Source: a virus (Duplodnaviria > Caudoviricetes). Taken from it: DNA of 45,719 bases. Position 1 is the first letter of the stretch. Each line of letters opens with the position of its first letter. The DNA lies in IMG/VR virus record IMGVR_UViG_3300005601_000004, positions 1 through 45,719 of that record; one strand, 5' to 3'. This document shows positions 33,689 through 44,462 of the stretch, one piece after another. A program made the translations under genes and the position numbers. The notes under the pieces are model-generated. The model saw only the letters and a list, made by a program, of their open reading frames with translations. It was not told where the DNA came from and did no database searches.

Positions 33689-35780
33689 AAGACTATTCGT
33701 CCAGGTGCGGGCAGACATGACTGATCTGTCTCGCGACCTCAGCCAGGGTATGTCCCAGACCCGGGCCGCCACACAGAGCATGGCTTTGTCGTGGAACCAA
33801 GTGAGCGATCAAGTGGCGTTGCTCACCCGGAAGCTCGAGCGTGGCAAGATCACGCAAGGGCAGTATACCTCCGAAATGAACAGGCTCGCGTCGACCATGA
33901 AAGTCGTCGCGGGCTCGTATCGTGAGGCGCAGAAGGAAGTGTGGGGCTACTCCCGTGCTGCCCAAGCTGCCGCTCGACAGGCTGCTGTCGTCATGGACCC
34001 CACACCCGTCCGAGCATTCGCACGGTCCGCGGGTCAGGCTCGTATGCAGATGATGAACCTCGGCTACCAGCTGAACGACATCGGCATGACGCTTGCCACC
34101 GGCATGAACCCGATGACGGTCATGATCCAGCAGGGCTCTCAGATCGCTCAAATCTATGGTGCCGGTCAAGGCGGCGTCACTCAGCTGTTCAAGGACCTCG
34201 GTCGAATGGTGACCGGGCTCGCTCGTCGCTTCTGGCCTGTCGCCGTCGTCATCGGCGCAGTCACCACGGGCATCGCTGCACTGACCAAGTCGATCAACCA
34301 GACGACTGACGTTGGCGTGACGATGGGCGACACGTTCAAGGCCGTGTTTCAGGTCCTCGGGGGCTACATCTGGAACCTCATCGAAGGGCCCATGAACGAC
34401 TTGAAGAATGCGTGGCAGTGGCTACTCGACTTCCTGATCGAGTGGTTCCCAAAGGTGATGAATAAGATCATCGGCGCAGGCGTGTCGGCGGTCCGGATCA
34501 TCGGCGCAGCATGGGACCTGCTCCCCGACCTGTGGCATGACACGTGGACAGCTGTGCGCAACACCACGCTCGACTTCGTCCAGTCCATCGTCAACTTCAT
34601 CACGCAGGACATGCTGCAGGGGATCATAAAGGGCATCGACAAAATCCTGCAATCGTTCGTCTTCGCATTTGAGGCCATCAAGATCGTGTGGCAACAGCTC
34701 CCCGCGATCATGAAGGACGCCATCGGAGGCGCAGTCAATTGGGTCGTCAGTGGTGTGGAGAAGATGGTCAATGGCGCCATTGACGGGATCAATCAGCTGC
34801 TCGCCGGATTGCAGGCACTGGTCAACTTCGTCGGTGCTGACAAGGCGCTTGAGTTCTTCGGGTTCAGCGGCACCCTGCCGACGATCAATGAGCAGGACCT
34901 GAGCCGGTGGCGCATGGAAGTGGGCAATGCAGTCAACAACACAACCGAGCAACTCGGTGCTGCTGCTGCCAGGACGTTCAACACGGCGATGCTCGAAGGT
35001 ATGGTCAACGTGCCTCGTACCGATCTGTCGGGACACATGGGCGCGTTCCGTAACGCCTACGGTGAGCTCGGTCGCCGCATCAATGAAATCCTGTCGGAGT
35101 CCATGAACTTCGACTATATGGGCGAGTTCTTCGATGACGTCCGGGCCCAGGCGATTGAGAACGCGCTTGCTCGTATCGCTGCCGGTGCTGAGGACGTGGC
35201 TGGTGCTGCGCAACGTGCTGCCGAGGAAGTCAAGACGCTCATGGACGAAATGCAGGAGGGGCTCGAGACAGCGGCTGACAACCTTGCACAGGTCTTCGGC
35301 AATGCGTTCGAGCGACTGGCTGAGACGGGACGCTTCACCTTCAGCGACTTCATCAAGGACCTCAACTCGCTCATCATCAAGTCGACTTCCGAGCTGCTTC
35401 AGCAAGAGCTGTCCAACCTGTTCCAGTCGTTGGCGACATCGAAAGGGGGCCTCGGTTCACTGTTCTCCAACCTGTTCACGTCACTGTTCGGCGGGGGCAA
35501 CTTCTTCGGCGCCCGTGCTCGAGGCGGTGTGGAAATGCCGTGGCGGAACTTCATCGCCGGCGAAGAAGGCGCCGAGCTCATCAGCCAGGACGGCCCCTCG
35601 GGTGCGCGTCGTGTCAAAACCGCGGGTCAAACCCGGGCAGCAATGATGGGCATGGGAGGCGGTGGCACTCAGGTCAATATGTATGTGCAGACGCCTGACG
35701 TGGAGAGCTTCAAGAAATCGCAATCGCAGTTGGCCTCCCGGATGGGCAACTTCATTGCACGAGGACAGAGGAACCAATAA
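33669..35780 (+). CDS. Tape measure protein
   Basis: 703 aa helical; NLGYQLNDI...QQGSQI lambda-type TMP motif; RA.GG..., GE.G.E C-terminus. Confidence 0.92.
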   Translation: MIGRLIERLFVQVRADMTDLSRDLSQGMSQTRAATQSMALSWNQVSDQVALLTRKLERGKITQGQYTSEMNRLASTMKVVAGSYREAQKEVWGYSRAAQAAARQAAVVMDPTPVRAFARSAGQARMQMMNLGYQLNDIGMTLATGMNPMTVMIQQGSQIAQIYGAGQGGVTQLFKDLGRMVTGLARRFWPVAVVIGAVTTGIAALTKSINQTTDVGVTMGDTFKAVFQVLGGYIWNLIEGPMNDLKNAWQWLLDFLIEWFPKVMNKIIGAGVSAVRIIGAAWDLLPDLWHDTWTAVRNTTLDFVQSIVNFITQDMLQGIIKGIDKILQSFVFAFEAIKIVWQQLPAIMKDAIGGAVNWVVSGVEKMVNGAIDGINQLLAGLQALVNFVGADKALEFFGFSGTLPTINEQDLSRWRMEVGNAVNNTTEQLGAAAARTFNTAMLEGMVNVPRTDLSGHMGAFRNAYGELGRRINEILSESMNFDYMGEFFDDVRAQAIENALARIAAGAEDVAGAAQRAAEEVKTLMDEMQEGLETAADNLAQVFGNAFERLAETGRFTFSDFIKDLNSLIIKSTSELLQQELSNLFQSLATSKGGLGSLFSNLFTSLFGGGNFFGARARGGVEMPWRNFIAGEEGAELISQDGPSGARRVKTAGQTRAAMMGMGGGGTQVNMYVQTPDVESFKKSQSQLASRMGNFIARGQRNQ

Positions 35781-36406
35781 TGGCTTTTCACGAGACACGC
35801 TTTCCCACCGACATCAGCTTCGGTTCCCGAGGTGGCCCCAAACGCAAAACGGTCATCTCGGTATCGGGCTCGGGATACGAACACCGCAACGCTCAATGGG
35901 CGGACTCCAAACGCGAGTACAATGCGGGCTATGGCATCAAGTCGATTGATGACATCCACACCGTGGTCGAGTTCTTCGAGGAACGCCGCGGCATGTTGCA
36001 CGGCTTCCGCTGGAAGGACAAGTTCGACTTCAAGTCCTGCGCACCCAAGCAGACTGCCGCATGGGATGACGTTGTGATCGGTACCGGCGACGGATCGACC
36101 ACGACGTTCCAGCTCATCAAGATTTACGGGTCGAGCTTCTCGCCATACTCCCGTGACATCACGAAACCCGTTTCGGGCTCAGTGTTGATCGGTGTCAACG
36201 GGAGTGAGATGGCGTCGGGCTGGTCAGTCAATCTGACTACCGGCGTCATCACCTTTGACAGTGCTCCGACGACGGGGCACGAAATCACCGCAGGCTTCGA
36301 GTTCGACGTGCCTGTCCGCTTCAACACCGACTATCTGGAGATTGACCTTGGCGGCTTCCAAGCCGGCAGCATCCCGGATATTCCGATTGTGGAGATCCGC
36401 GTATGA
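35780..36406 (+). CDS. Distal tail protein (DUF2460, RcGTA g12-like)
   Basis: FHE.RFP..IS.GS.GGP, FFE.RRG...GFR.KD, AGFEFDVPVRF. Confidence 0.9.
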   Translation: MAFHETRFPTDISFGSRGGPKRKTVISVSGSGYEHRNAQWADSKREYNAGYGIKSIDDIHTVVEFFEERRGMLHGFRWKDKFDFKSCAPKQTAAWDDVVIGTGDGSTTTFQLIKIYGSSFSPYSRDITKPVSGSVLIGVNGSEMASGWSVNLTTGVITFDSAPTTGHEITAGFEFDVPVRFNTDYLEIDLGGFQAGSIPDIPIVEIRV

Positions 36407-37308
36407 GAACCGACATCCCATCAGGACTTCAGTCCCACCTCGAGACCCGCGAGACCACGCTCTGCTGGTGCTGGAAGATCACGAAGACGGACAACACTGT
36501 CCTCGGCTTCACGAACCATGACCGTGACCTCACGTTCGGCAGCGTGACCTATGAGGCATCGACCGGGTTCCTCGGCACGGAGATCGAGTCGCAGCTCGGC
36601 ATGTCTGTGGACAACATGGACGTCTACGGCGCGGTCGACTCCGTCAACATCAGCGAGGCCGACATCGAAGCGGGGCTGTATGACAACGCCGAGATTGAAG
36701 TCTACCTGGTGAACTGGGAGGACGTGTCGGAACGTGTCATCATGAAGAAGGGCAACCTCGGCGAAGTCAAACGCGGCAAGACGATGTTCCAGACCGAGGT
36801 GCGCGGTATTTCGAACCAGCTTCAGCAGGTCAAGGGTCGGACGTATCAATACGCCTGCGATGCACTGCTCGGTGACAGCCGCTGCACGAAGTCGCTTGCC
36901 GGATCGACATACACCGGGACCGGTGCTGTGACCTCGACCAATAGCTACTCGTCATTGACTGCATCCGGACTCGGGTCCTACGCCAACGGCTGGTTCAGTC
37001 GCGGCAAGCTCACGTTCACGTCGGGCAATAACAACGGGATCGTCCGCGAGGTGAAGACCCACTTCAACACCGACGGCATCGTGACCATCAGCCTGTGGGA
37101 ACCCACGCCCTTCGAGATCGAGGCGGCCGATACTTTCTCGATCACGGCCGGCTGTGACAAGCTGTTCAAGACGTGCAAGTCGAAGTTCAGCAATGAAGAT
37201 AACTTTCGGGGCTTCCCGCATATCCCGGGCAGCAACACGGTGATCCAATATGCCAACACCGGCGACCCGAACTTTGATGGAGGAGGGAACTTCGTTGGTA
37301 AAGACTGA
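36403..37308 (+). CDS. Baseplate hub protein (DUF2163, RcGTA g13-like)
   Basis: CW.I...D...LGFT.HD.DL, C...LGD.RC, AGCDK...TC..KF.N..NFRGFPHIPG. Confidence 0.9.
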   Translation: MRTDIPSGLQSHLETRETTLCWCWKITKTDNTVLGFTNHDRDLTFGSVTYEASTGFLGTEIESQLGMSVDNMDVYGAVDSVNISEADIEAGLYDNAEIEVYLVNWEDVSERVIMKKGNLGEVKRGKTMFQTEVRGISNQLQQVKGRTYQYACDALLGDSRCTKSLAGSTYTGTGAVTSTNSYSSLTASGLGSYANGWFSRGKLTFTSGNNNGIVREVKTHFNTDGIVTISLWEPTPFEIEAADTFSITAGCDKLFKTCKSKFSNEDNFRGFPHIPGSNTVIQYANTGDPNFDGGGNFVGKD

Positions 37309-37729
37309 GGACATCGTTCGTATCGCACGGACCTGGGCGGGAACGCCCTATCATCACCAGGCTTCGCTCAAAGGGGTCGGCACGGATTGTGTCGGCCTTA
37401 TCCGTGGTGTGTATCGGGAGCTTTACAACGTCGAGCCGCCCGAGCTCATCAACTACAGCACCGACTGGGGCGACGCCAATGGCAACGAGGATATGGTGCT
37501 CGCTGCATACAAATATCTCGAGCCAGTACCGCTCGATCAACTGGGTGCCGGGCACGTTGTCCTGGTACGCTGGCGGGAGAAGCGTGTGGCGAAGCACAGC
37601 ATGATTATGACGGGTGACAGGAAGGCCATTCACGCTTACAATAAATCACCCGTAACCGAAATCAATTTGAATGACTGGTGGATGCAACGGATCGTGTATG
37701 CGTTCGCCTTTCCGCAGGAGGTGAAATAA
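37295..37729 (+). CDS. NlpC/P60 tail-associated peptidase (RcGTA g14-like)
   Basis: AR.W.GTPYHHQAS.KGVGTDC.GL.RGV, AKH, IHAY. Confidence 0.9.
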   Translation: MVKTEDIVRIARTWAGTPYHHQASLKGVGTDCVGLIRGVYRELYNVEPPELINYSTDWGDANGNEDMVLAAYKYLEPVPLDQLGAGHVVLVRWREKRVAKHSMIMTGDRKAIHAYNKSPVTEINLNDWWMQRIVYAFAFPQEVK

Positions 37730-40700
37730 TGGCTGGTCTACTTCTCGCAGGTGTTGGCGCTGCAATCGGTGGTTCTATCGGTGGTACCTTCCTCGGCATC
37801 AGCGCTGTCGTGATCGGTCAGTCCATCGGTGCTGTGATCGGGTCCGCCATCGACAACTACCTGTTTGCTCCGACCATCAAATCGTCACAGGAGGGACCGA
37901 AGCTCACAGAAGCCAACGTCATGACATCGGTCGAGGGCACGAACATCGTTCGCGGTTACGGTCGGTTCAAGGTCGCTGGCAACGTGATCTGGGCAACTCG
38001 CCTGCGTGAGGAAGTCGTCAAGGAGACGACGAAAACGGGCGGCAAAGGCGGAGGCGGCGGTAGCGAGGTCACCACGACGACCTACAACTACTACGCCAAC
38101 TTCGCTGTCGGTCTGTGCGAAGGCGAGATCATGGATGTCCACCGGATTTGGGCAGACGGCAAACTCATCAGCCTCGATGACTACACCTACCGCGTTTACC
38201 GAGGAACGGAAACCCAGACTCCGGACTCGCTCATGGAGCAGAAGGATGGCAGCGGCAACATCCCGGGCTACCGCGGCTTGGCCTACATCGTCTTTGAGGA
38301 CATGCAGATCAACAAGTTCGGCAACCGTATCCCACAGCTGACGTTCGAAGTGACCAAGCCCGTGACGCGCTCCGATGGCGACAGCGTGGCAGACCTCGTC
38401 AGCGGCATCGACTTGATCCCCGGCACGACTGAGTTCGGCTATGACCCGAACGTGATCGTCCAGAAGTACGACGACAACAGCTCCTTTGTGGAGAACGATC
38501 ACACGGGCGACGGCAGAAGCGACTGGGCTCACGCAATCGACCAGATGGAAATCAACCTGCCAAACATCGACACGGTGTGCTTTGTGGTCAGCTGGTTCGG
38601 CGATGACCTGCGCATCGGCAACTGCACGATCCGGCCGAAGGTTGAGAACCAGACGAAGCAGACCGACCCCATTAGCTGGCGTGTCGCAGGACTGACGCGC
38701 AGCACTGCGCTTGTCATCTCGCAAGTCGACGGCAGGCCGGCCTACGGCGGTGCACCCAATGACCTGTCCGTCTATCGAGCGATCCTCGACCTGAAGAACC
38801 GTGGCTACAAGGTCATGTTCTACCCGTTCATCGTCATGGACATCGAGTCCGGCAACACTCTGCCGAACCCCTACAGCGACAACGCAGGAACGACTGGTCA
38901 ACCGATCTACCCATGGCGCGGTCGCATCACCTGCTCGCCTGCGCCGGGCTATGCAGGAACTGTGGACAAGAGCGCTGCAGCCGCTACTCAGGTGTCGAAC
39001 TTCGTGGGCACTGCGCAAGCCTCTGAGTTCGGCGGTGCTAGCGGCACAGTCAACTACACCGGGACGGCTGAGTGGTCGTTCAATCGGTTCATCCTGCATT
39101 GCGCTGAGCTCTGCCGTCAGGCCGGCGGCGTTGACTACTTCTGCATCGGCACCGAGATGGTTGAGGCCAATCGCATCCGAGGCGCGGGCAACTCGTTCCC
39201 GTTCGTCACTGCGCTGGTATCGCTTGCCGGTGAGGTTGCATCGCTGCTGCCTTCGACGCAACTCGGCTATGCTGCTGACTGGTCGGAGTACAACGGCTAT
39301 CGTCCTGGCGATGGGAGCGGCGATGTCTACTTCCACCTTGATCCGCTCTGGGCCGATAGCAACATCGACTTCATCGGCATCGACAACTACATGAAGCTGT
39401 CCGACTGGCGTGACAGCGATGACCATGCCGACTATGGTGAAGGCAATGACGCCTATGGTAATCCGAAGGGAGACTCGATCTATGACCTCGAGTATCTCAA
39501 GGGGCAGGTCGCTGGCGGCGAGGACTACGACTACTTCTATGCTTCCACAGCAGATAGGCTGTCGCAAACCCGGACACCGATCACCGATGGCGCCTACGGG
39601 AAGCCGTGGGTGTATCGCCAGAAGGACATCGTGAATTGGTGGTCGAACTCCCACTACAATCGTCCTGGCGGTACTGAGAGCGCATCGCCGACAGCATGGA
39701 CGCCTGAGAGCAAGCCGATCATCTTCACCGAGTTCGGTTGCCCCGCGATCAACAAAGGCACGAACCAACCCAACGTGTTCTATGATCCCAAGTCCTCGGA
39801 AAGCTTCGTGCCGTACTTCTCGTCCGGTGGTCGTGACGACGAAATCCAGCGGCAGTACATCCGCGCCTTTGTCGAGTACTGGAAGGACAACTCGAACAAC
39901 CCTGCGTCCGGAGTCTACTCAGGTCGAATGGTCGACACTGCCCGCATGATGTACTGGTCCTACGATGCTCGTCCGTGGCCGACGTTCCCAGTCGACGGTG
40001 ATGCTTGGGCGGACCAGGCGAACTGGCAGTACGGTCACTGGATCAGCGGTCGCATTGATACCGTCTTCATCCCCGACCTGCTCAACCAGCTGGCGGAAGA
40101 CTACAACGTCACGGCTGACTACGACTTCAGCAAGGCCTACGGCACCTGCGACGGTTTCGTGGTTCAGGCGAAGACGTCCTTCCGTTCGACGGTCGAGCCG
40201 CTGGCATCGCTGTATATGTTCGACATCATCGAGTCCGGTGACAAGATCAAAGCGGTGAGCCAGCAGGAGTCGCGTTCGATTGCGACGGTGACGCTCGACG
40301 ACATCGCCGAAGCGCAGTCAGAGAACGACGAGCCGGTCGTGCTGACGCGCTCGCAGGCATCCGAGCTTCCTGTGGGAATGACCATCAAGTACATCGACAT
40401 CTTCAAGGAGTATGAGCAAGCCGCTGTGTCCCAACGCCGCGAGGTAGTTGAGAGCGAGTCCGAGCCGTCGAGCGATACGCCCATCATCATTGACTACGCT
40501 CGTGCTCAGCAGATGGTCGACAGGCTGCTGTACTCGGCATGGGCGAAGCGAACGGTTGGGGAGTTCGGGCTGCTGCCTGAGTACCTGTATCTCGAGGCGG
40601 GCGATGTCGTCACAGTCGATGACGGCAACTTCAACAAGCCGCTTCGTATCGAGGCCATCGCTGATAGTGGCTTCCGGATGGTGACCGCACGATCCTTCGA

Positions 40701-41706
40701 TCTCGGCATCTTCCAGCCTGGCGGGGGCTCGGGTCGAACTCAGAAGATCAATACGCAGCCATCCGCCACTGCGCCGATCCTGGCGATGATGGACCTGCCC
40801 ACACTGCGCTCGGTCGACGTTCCCTATCGTCCGTATGCTGCGGCGTTCGTCAACCCATGGCCGGGCGTCAACGTCTACAAGTCGATCACCAACAGCAACT
40901 TCGGGCTCGACACTACGTTGCTCGCGCCGTCGATCCTCGGCAGGACTACGGACGCATTCGCTGCTGGCGTCACGGATGTCTGGGACTCCACGAACGAACT
41001 CAAGGTGGAGGTCTTCTCGGAAGAGCTGTCGTCGCTGCCTGAGGAGAACGTGCTCAACGGGGGCAACGTGCTTGCCATCGAGACGGGCGACAATGAGTGG
41101 GAGATCGTGCAGTTCGTCACGGCAACGCTGACCGGCACCCGGACCTACACACTGACTAAGCTGCTCCGTGCTCAGCTCGGCACCGAGGACAACATGGTCG
41201 CCAACCTCGCGGCAGGTGCGCGTGTCGTGTTGCTCGAGAGCACAGCACAGCAGCTGTCCCTCGGCATCAGCGACATCGGCCGTGAGTACTACTTCAAGTA
41301 TGGTCCCGCCGACAAGGACATCGGCGACGACCTCTACCAGACGACGACCAAGACATTCACCGGTCGCGGCCTCAAGCCGTTCTCGCCCGTTGATGTCACT
41401 GGTGTGGATGACGGCTCGGGTAATATCGAACTGAGCTGGATCAGACGTGATCGGATTGGTGCTGACGGGTGGGAGTACATTGATGACGTGCCCATGTCCG
41501 AGGCCTATCTGAAATTCGAGGTGGACGTCCTCGATGGCAGCGACAACGTGGTAAGAACATTGACCGTGACAGATGCTACGGCCGTGACTTACACTGCTGC
41601 CCAACAATCGTCCGATGGCATCAGCACCCCGTTCGATGTCATTGTCTATCAAATCAGCGACATAGTTGGTCGCGGAACTGGAAGGAGGGCCACGATCAAT
41701 GGCTGA
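37729..41706 (+). CDS. Central tail/baseplate megatron protein (RcGTA g15-like)
   Basis: EGP.L, G.VIWAT, RIWADG, YRGLAY.VFE, TIM-barrel region YAADWSEY / IGIDNY / FTE.GCP. Confidence 0.92.
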   Translation: MAGLLLAGVGAAIGGSIGGTFLGISAVVIGQSIGAVIGSAIDNYLFAPTIKSSQEGPKLTEANVMTSVEGTNIVRGYGRFKVAGNVIWATRLREEVVKETTKTGGKGGGGGSEVTTTTYNYYANFAVGLCEGEIMDVHRIWADGKLISLDDYTYRVYRGTETQTPDSLMEQKDGSGNIPGYRGLAYIVFEDMQINKFGNRIPQLTFEVTKPVTRSDGDSVADLVSGIDLIPGTTEFGYDPNVIVQKYDDNSSFVENDHTGDGRSDWAHAIDQMEINLPNIDTVCFVVSWFGDDLRIGNCTIRPKVENQTKQTDPISWRVAGLTRSTALVISQVDGRPAYGGAPNDLSVYRAILDLKNRGYKVMFYPFIVMDIESGNTLPNPYSDNAGTTGQPIYPWRGRITCSPAPGYAGTVDKSAAAATQVSNFVGTAQASEFGGASGTVNYTGTAEWSFNRFILHCAELCRQAGGVDYFCIGTEMVEANRIRGAGNSFPFVTALVSLAGEVASLLPSTQLGYAADWSEYNGYRPGDGSGDVYFHLDPLWADSNIDFIGIDNYMKLSDWRDSDDHADYGEGNDAYGNPKGDSIYDLEYLKGQVAGGEDYDYFYASTADRLSQTRTPITDGAYGKPWVYRQKDIVNWWSNSHYNRPGGTESASPTAWTPESKPIIFTEFGCPAINKGTNQPNVFYDPKSSESFVPYFSSGGRDDEIQRQYIRAFVEYWKDNSNNPASGVYSGRMVDTARMMYWSYDARPWPTFPVDGDAWADQANWQYGHWISGRIDTVFIPDLLNQLAEDYNVTADYDFSKAYGTCDGFVVQAKTSFRSTVEPLASLYMFDIIESGDKIKAVSQQESRSIATVTLDDIAEAQSENDEPVVLTRSQASELPVGMTIKYIDIFKEYEQAAVSQRREVVESESEPSSDTPIIIDYARAQQMVDRLLYSAWAKRTVGEFGLLPEYLYLEAGDVVTVDDGNFNKPLRIEAIADSGFRMVTARSFDLGIFQPGGGSGRTQKINTQPSATAPILAMMDLPTLRSVDVPYRPYAAAFVNPWPGVNVYKSITNSNFGLDTTLLAPSILGRTTDAFAAGVTDVWDSTNELKVEVFSEELSSLPEENVLNGGNVLAIETGDNEWEIVQFVTATLTGTRTYTLTKLLRAQLGTEDNMVANLAAGARVVLLESTAQQLSLGISDIGREYYFKYGPADKDIGDDLYQTTTKTFTGRGLKPFSPVDVTGVDDGSGNIELSWIRRDRIGADGWEYIDDVPMSEAYLKFEVDVLDGSDNVVRTLTVTDATAVTYTAAQQSSDGISTPFDVIVYQISDIVGRGTGRRATING

Positions 41707-42958
41707 CACAAACAGACTCGTACTGCCGCTGCTCGCAGCATCGCAGGCACAGAAGCACGTCACGGTCAATGAGGCGCTCAAGCTGCTTGACGCAATCATC
41801 CAGGCCGGCGTGATCGACAAGGACCTCACGGCGCCCCCGGGCGGCGAGAGCGAAGGAGACATCTACATCGTGGGTGCCTCGGCAACTGGTGCATGGGCGG
41901 GACAGGATGACGACCTGGCGATCTACCAGGATGGGGCATGGGTGTTCGTCACCCCGCTTGATGGCTTCATCGCCTTCGTCGCCGACGAGACCACGCTCTA
42001 TGTCTACAACTCGGGATGGACGTCACTCGCCGGACTGCTTGGTGCGGGCTACCTTCCCATCGGCGGCGGGACGCTGACTGGCAATCTCGTCCTCGAGGAA
42101 GCAACGCCGTCGATCCGGTTCAATGACACAGACCTCACCGGCTACAGCCTGCTCCAGACCATCGGGGCGGTTTTGCAGCTGGCAGTCGACGCCGAGGATG
42201 ACGACGCAAGCAGCAGCTTCGACATCACCATCGACGGTGCGGGACAGAACTTCCGTGTCAACGAACACGGCCTCGGTGTGGGCGGTGCTTCGGCTGATGC
42301 CAACAACCAGATGTCCTTGTTCGGCACCGCGGCGCTGTTCAATTCGTCGGGCTCGTTCACGTTCAAGTTCAACAAGAACGCCTCGGGCGATGACGCGGCT
42401 ATGTCGTTCCAGCAGGGCTTCACCGCCTACGCTCTGGCAGGCTTGCTGGGCGACAACAACTTCACGATCAAGGTCGGCACGGGCGCGACTACTGCTTTGG
42501 TGATTGACGAGTCCACAGCTGCTGTCGATCTGACGCAGCACCCGAAGTTCTCGGCCTATGTCAACTACGACCAATACAACGCAGCGGACGCCTGGTTCAC
42601 TGTCGCGTGTAACAACACCCGACACAACGACCAGGCCGCGTTCGATGCAGCAACCGACAACGACTTCACGGCGCCTCATGACGGCTACTACTGCTTCGGC
42701 GGAGGGATCACTCACAAGCTGAACGGCACGGCGCCTACCTACATGGCAGTGGGGATCAGTGTCAACGGGGCAACCCCGACCGCGGACACGGTCCAGAAGT
42801 ACACCGCTTCCCTGACCGACGGCGAGGCATCAGTCCAAACGACTGCTTTCCTCAAACTGTCCGCCGGTGATACCGTCGAGCTTCAGGCATACTTCGCCAC
42901 GAACGATGCCTATGTCGAAGCCGACACCAACTATTTCTGGGGTCACCAAGTGGCATAA
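41699..42958 (+). CDS. Tail fibre / receptor-binding protein (DUF2793 N-terminus, C1q-like C-terminus)
   Basis: L.LP.L...QAQKHVTVNEAL..LD; C-term FTAP.DGYY.F...LKLSAGDTVE. Confidence 0.85.
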   Translation: MADTNRLVLPLLAASQAQKHVTVNEALKLLDAIIQAGVIDKDLTAPPGGESEGDIYIVGASATGAWAGQDDDLAIYQDGAWVFVTPLDGFIAFVADETTLYVYNSGWTSLAGLLGAGYLPIGGGTLTGNLVLEEATPSIRFNDTDLTGYSLLQTIGAVLQLAVDAEDDDASSSFDITIDGAGQNFRVNEHGLGVGGASADANNQMSLFGTAALFNSSGSFTFKFNKNASGDDAAMSFQQGFTAYALAGLLGDNNFTIKVGTGATTALVIDESTAAVDLTQHPKFSAYVNYDQYNAADAWFTVACNNTRHNDQAAFDAATDNDFTAPHDGYYCFGGGITHKLNGTAPTYMAVGISVNGATPTADTVQKYTASLTDGEASVQTTAFLKLSAGDTVELQAYFATNDAYVEADTNYFWGHQVA

Positions 42959-42969
42959 GGAGAAAGTCG

Positions 42970-43689
42970 ATGGCACTGAACAAGACTGACAATTCCGCGA
43001 TGACACGGGACGAGGTTCGCTTCGTCCAGTCGCGGCTTCATGAGCTCGGGTTCGATCCCGGGACTGTTGATGGCATTATGGGACCGCACACCGAGTCCGC
43101 CATCATCGCCTACAAGCGAGCCAACGGCCTGAAGCCTCGGGCATACGTCGGACCGCTGACCTGGAAGATGCTGCAGGATCGGCAGGAACACCTCAAGCTT
43201 GAGGACGACTTGCCCTGGATGGTCGAAGCGAAGAAGGCGCTCAATCGTCACGAGGTCTACGACAACCAGTGGCTGAAGAACTGGCTGGCATCCGACGGCC
43301 ATGCGCTCGGCGATCCCGCGAAGCTGCCGTGGTGTGGTGACTTCGTCGAGACTGCCATCCGCCTCGCACTGCCGAACGAGATCGTGCCCAAGAACCCGTA
43401 CTGGGCTTTGAACTGGCTGGAGTTCGGCATCCCGTGTCGTCCGACCTACGGCGCTGTCGCAGCGATCAGCCGGAACGGCGGTGGCCACGTCATGTTCATT
43501 GTCGGCGAGGACGCAACCCGGTACTATGCGCTGGGAGGCAACCAGTCGAACAAGTCCTCGGTTGTTCCTGTGGACAAGCGTCGCTTCAAGAACGACTCGT
43601 TCCGCTGGCCGAAGACGTACCACGTGCCGCCGGGCAACTACCTGCCGCGCATGAACTCGGCTGACGCCGCGAATACACAGGAGGGCTAA
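42970..43689 (+). CDS. Endolysin: peptidoglycan-binding domain + CHAP/NlpC-type catalytic domain
   Basis: VQ.RL..LG.DPG.VDGI.GP.T; PWCG.FV, GGHV, LGGNQ. Confidence 0.85.
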   Translation: MALNKTDNSAMTRDEVRFVQSRLHELGFDPGTVDGIMGPHTESAIIAYKRANGLKPRAYVGPLTWKMLQDRQEHLKLEDDLPWMVEAKKALNRHEVYDNQWLKNWLASDGHALGDPAKLPWCGDFVETAIRLALPNEIVPKNPYWALNWLEFGIPCRPTYGAVAAISRNGGGHVMFIVGEDATRYYALGGNQSNKSSVVPVDKRRFKNDSFRWPKTYHVPPGNYLPRMNSADAANTQEG

Positions 43690-43692
43690 TCC

Positions 43693-43953
43693 ATGAAGTG
43701 CAAGACCTACAAACGTGAGGTTGCGGTCGTTCAGCTCGTCCTTCACTGGGCGTTGGTGATGGGTATTGTCTACATCGCCATCACGCAGAACGACCGTGAC
43801 CTCGCGGACCTCGTCGCACTCGCGACCGGGTTGGCAGTGTGGGTGTATGGCTTTGCTGCTGCAGCGTTCGGGATGGACTCCTGGGCAAAGCAGGTGCGCA
43901 ACAACCAATCGACCCCCGCACGTTATCCACAGGAGGATGGCCTCGGTGACTAG
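43693..43953 (+). CDS. Putative holin
   Basis: 86 aa, two hydrophobic helices, between endolysin and spanins. Confidence 0.6.
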   Translation: MKCKTYKREVAVVQLVLHWALVMGIVYIAITQNDRDLADLVALATGLAVWVYGFAAAAFGMDSWAKQVRNNQSTPARYPQEDGLGD

Positions 43954-44263
43954 GATATACGTTCTGCTCGGAGCCCTCGCTGTCATCGGGACACTTCTCG
44001 GTGCAGCATACCTGAAGGGCCGATCCGATGGGCGTTGGGCTGAGCGTATCGTTCAGCTCGAGGCCATTGACGATCTCAACCAACAGCTCGATGCGAAGGA
44101 TGCTGAGCTGGCTGCGCTCGAGGCAGCACGACTTCAACAGATGCGGGAACTCGAGGACCGTGTCGAAGAATTGAGGAGGCAAGCAGATGAAGACCCTAAT
44201 GCTGATCGTCCCGCTTTTGGCGCTGACAGCATGCGCAGGCTCAATGCCATCGGCGGGAATTGA
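43946..44263 (+). CDS. Inner-membrane spanin (Rz-like)
   Basis: N-terminal TM, coiled coil; overlapped by a lipoprotein gene. Confidence 0.7.
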   Translation: MTRIYVLLGALAVIGTLLGAAYLKGRSDGRWAERIVQLEAIDDLNQQLDAKDAELAALEAARLQQMRELEDRVEELRRQADEDPNADRPAFGADSMRRLNAIGGN

Positions 44264-44462
44264 TGTCGATCCGCCTGCGCCTTCTCTCACGCAACCCTGT
44301 CGATCTCCGGTGCGATTGCCGGAGCGGGAGGTGACGCAGGCAGAAGCCGAAAACTACTGGCTGCGTGACAGACGGTCACTTGTCGACTGTGCAAGCCGTC
44401 ACAACGGGCTGACCCAATGGGCCCAGGAAACTGTTGGGACTATCGAAGGAGAAGACCAGTGA
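44187..44462 (+). CDS. Outer-membrane spanin lipoprotein (Rz1-like)
   Basis: Signal peptide with LTAC lipobox, Pro-rich segment, L..C..R. Confidence 0.75.
   Translation: MKTLMLIVPLLALTACAGSMPSAGIDVDPPAPSLTQPCRSPVRLPEREVTQAEAENYWLRDRRSLVDCASRHNGLTQWAQETVGTIEGEDQ

Noticed and set aside
23109-42958. Host gene transfer agent rather than phage
   Set aside because: Circular contig with its own replication, nucleotide metabolism and lysis genes and no host flanks
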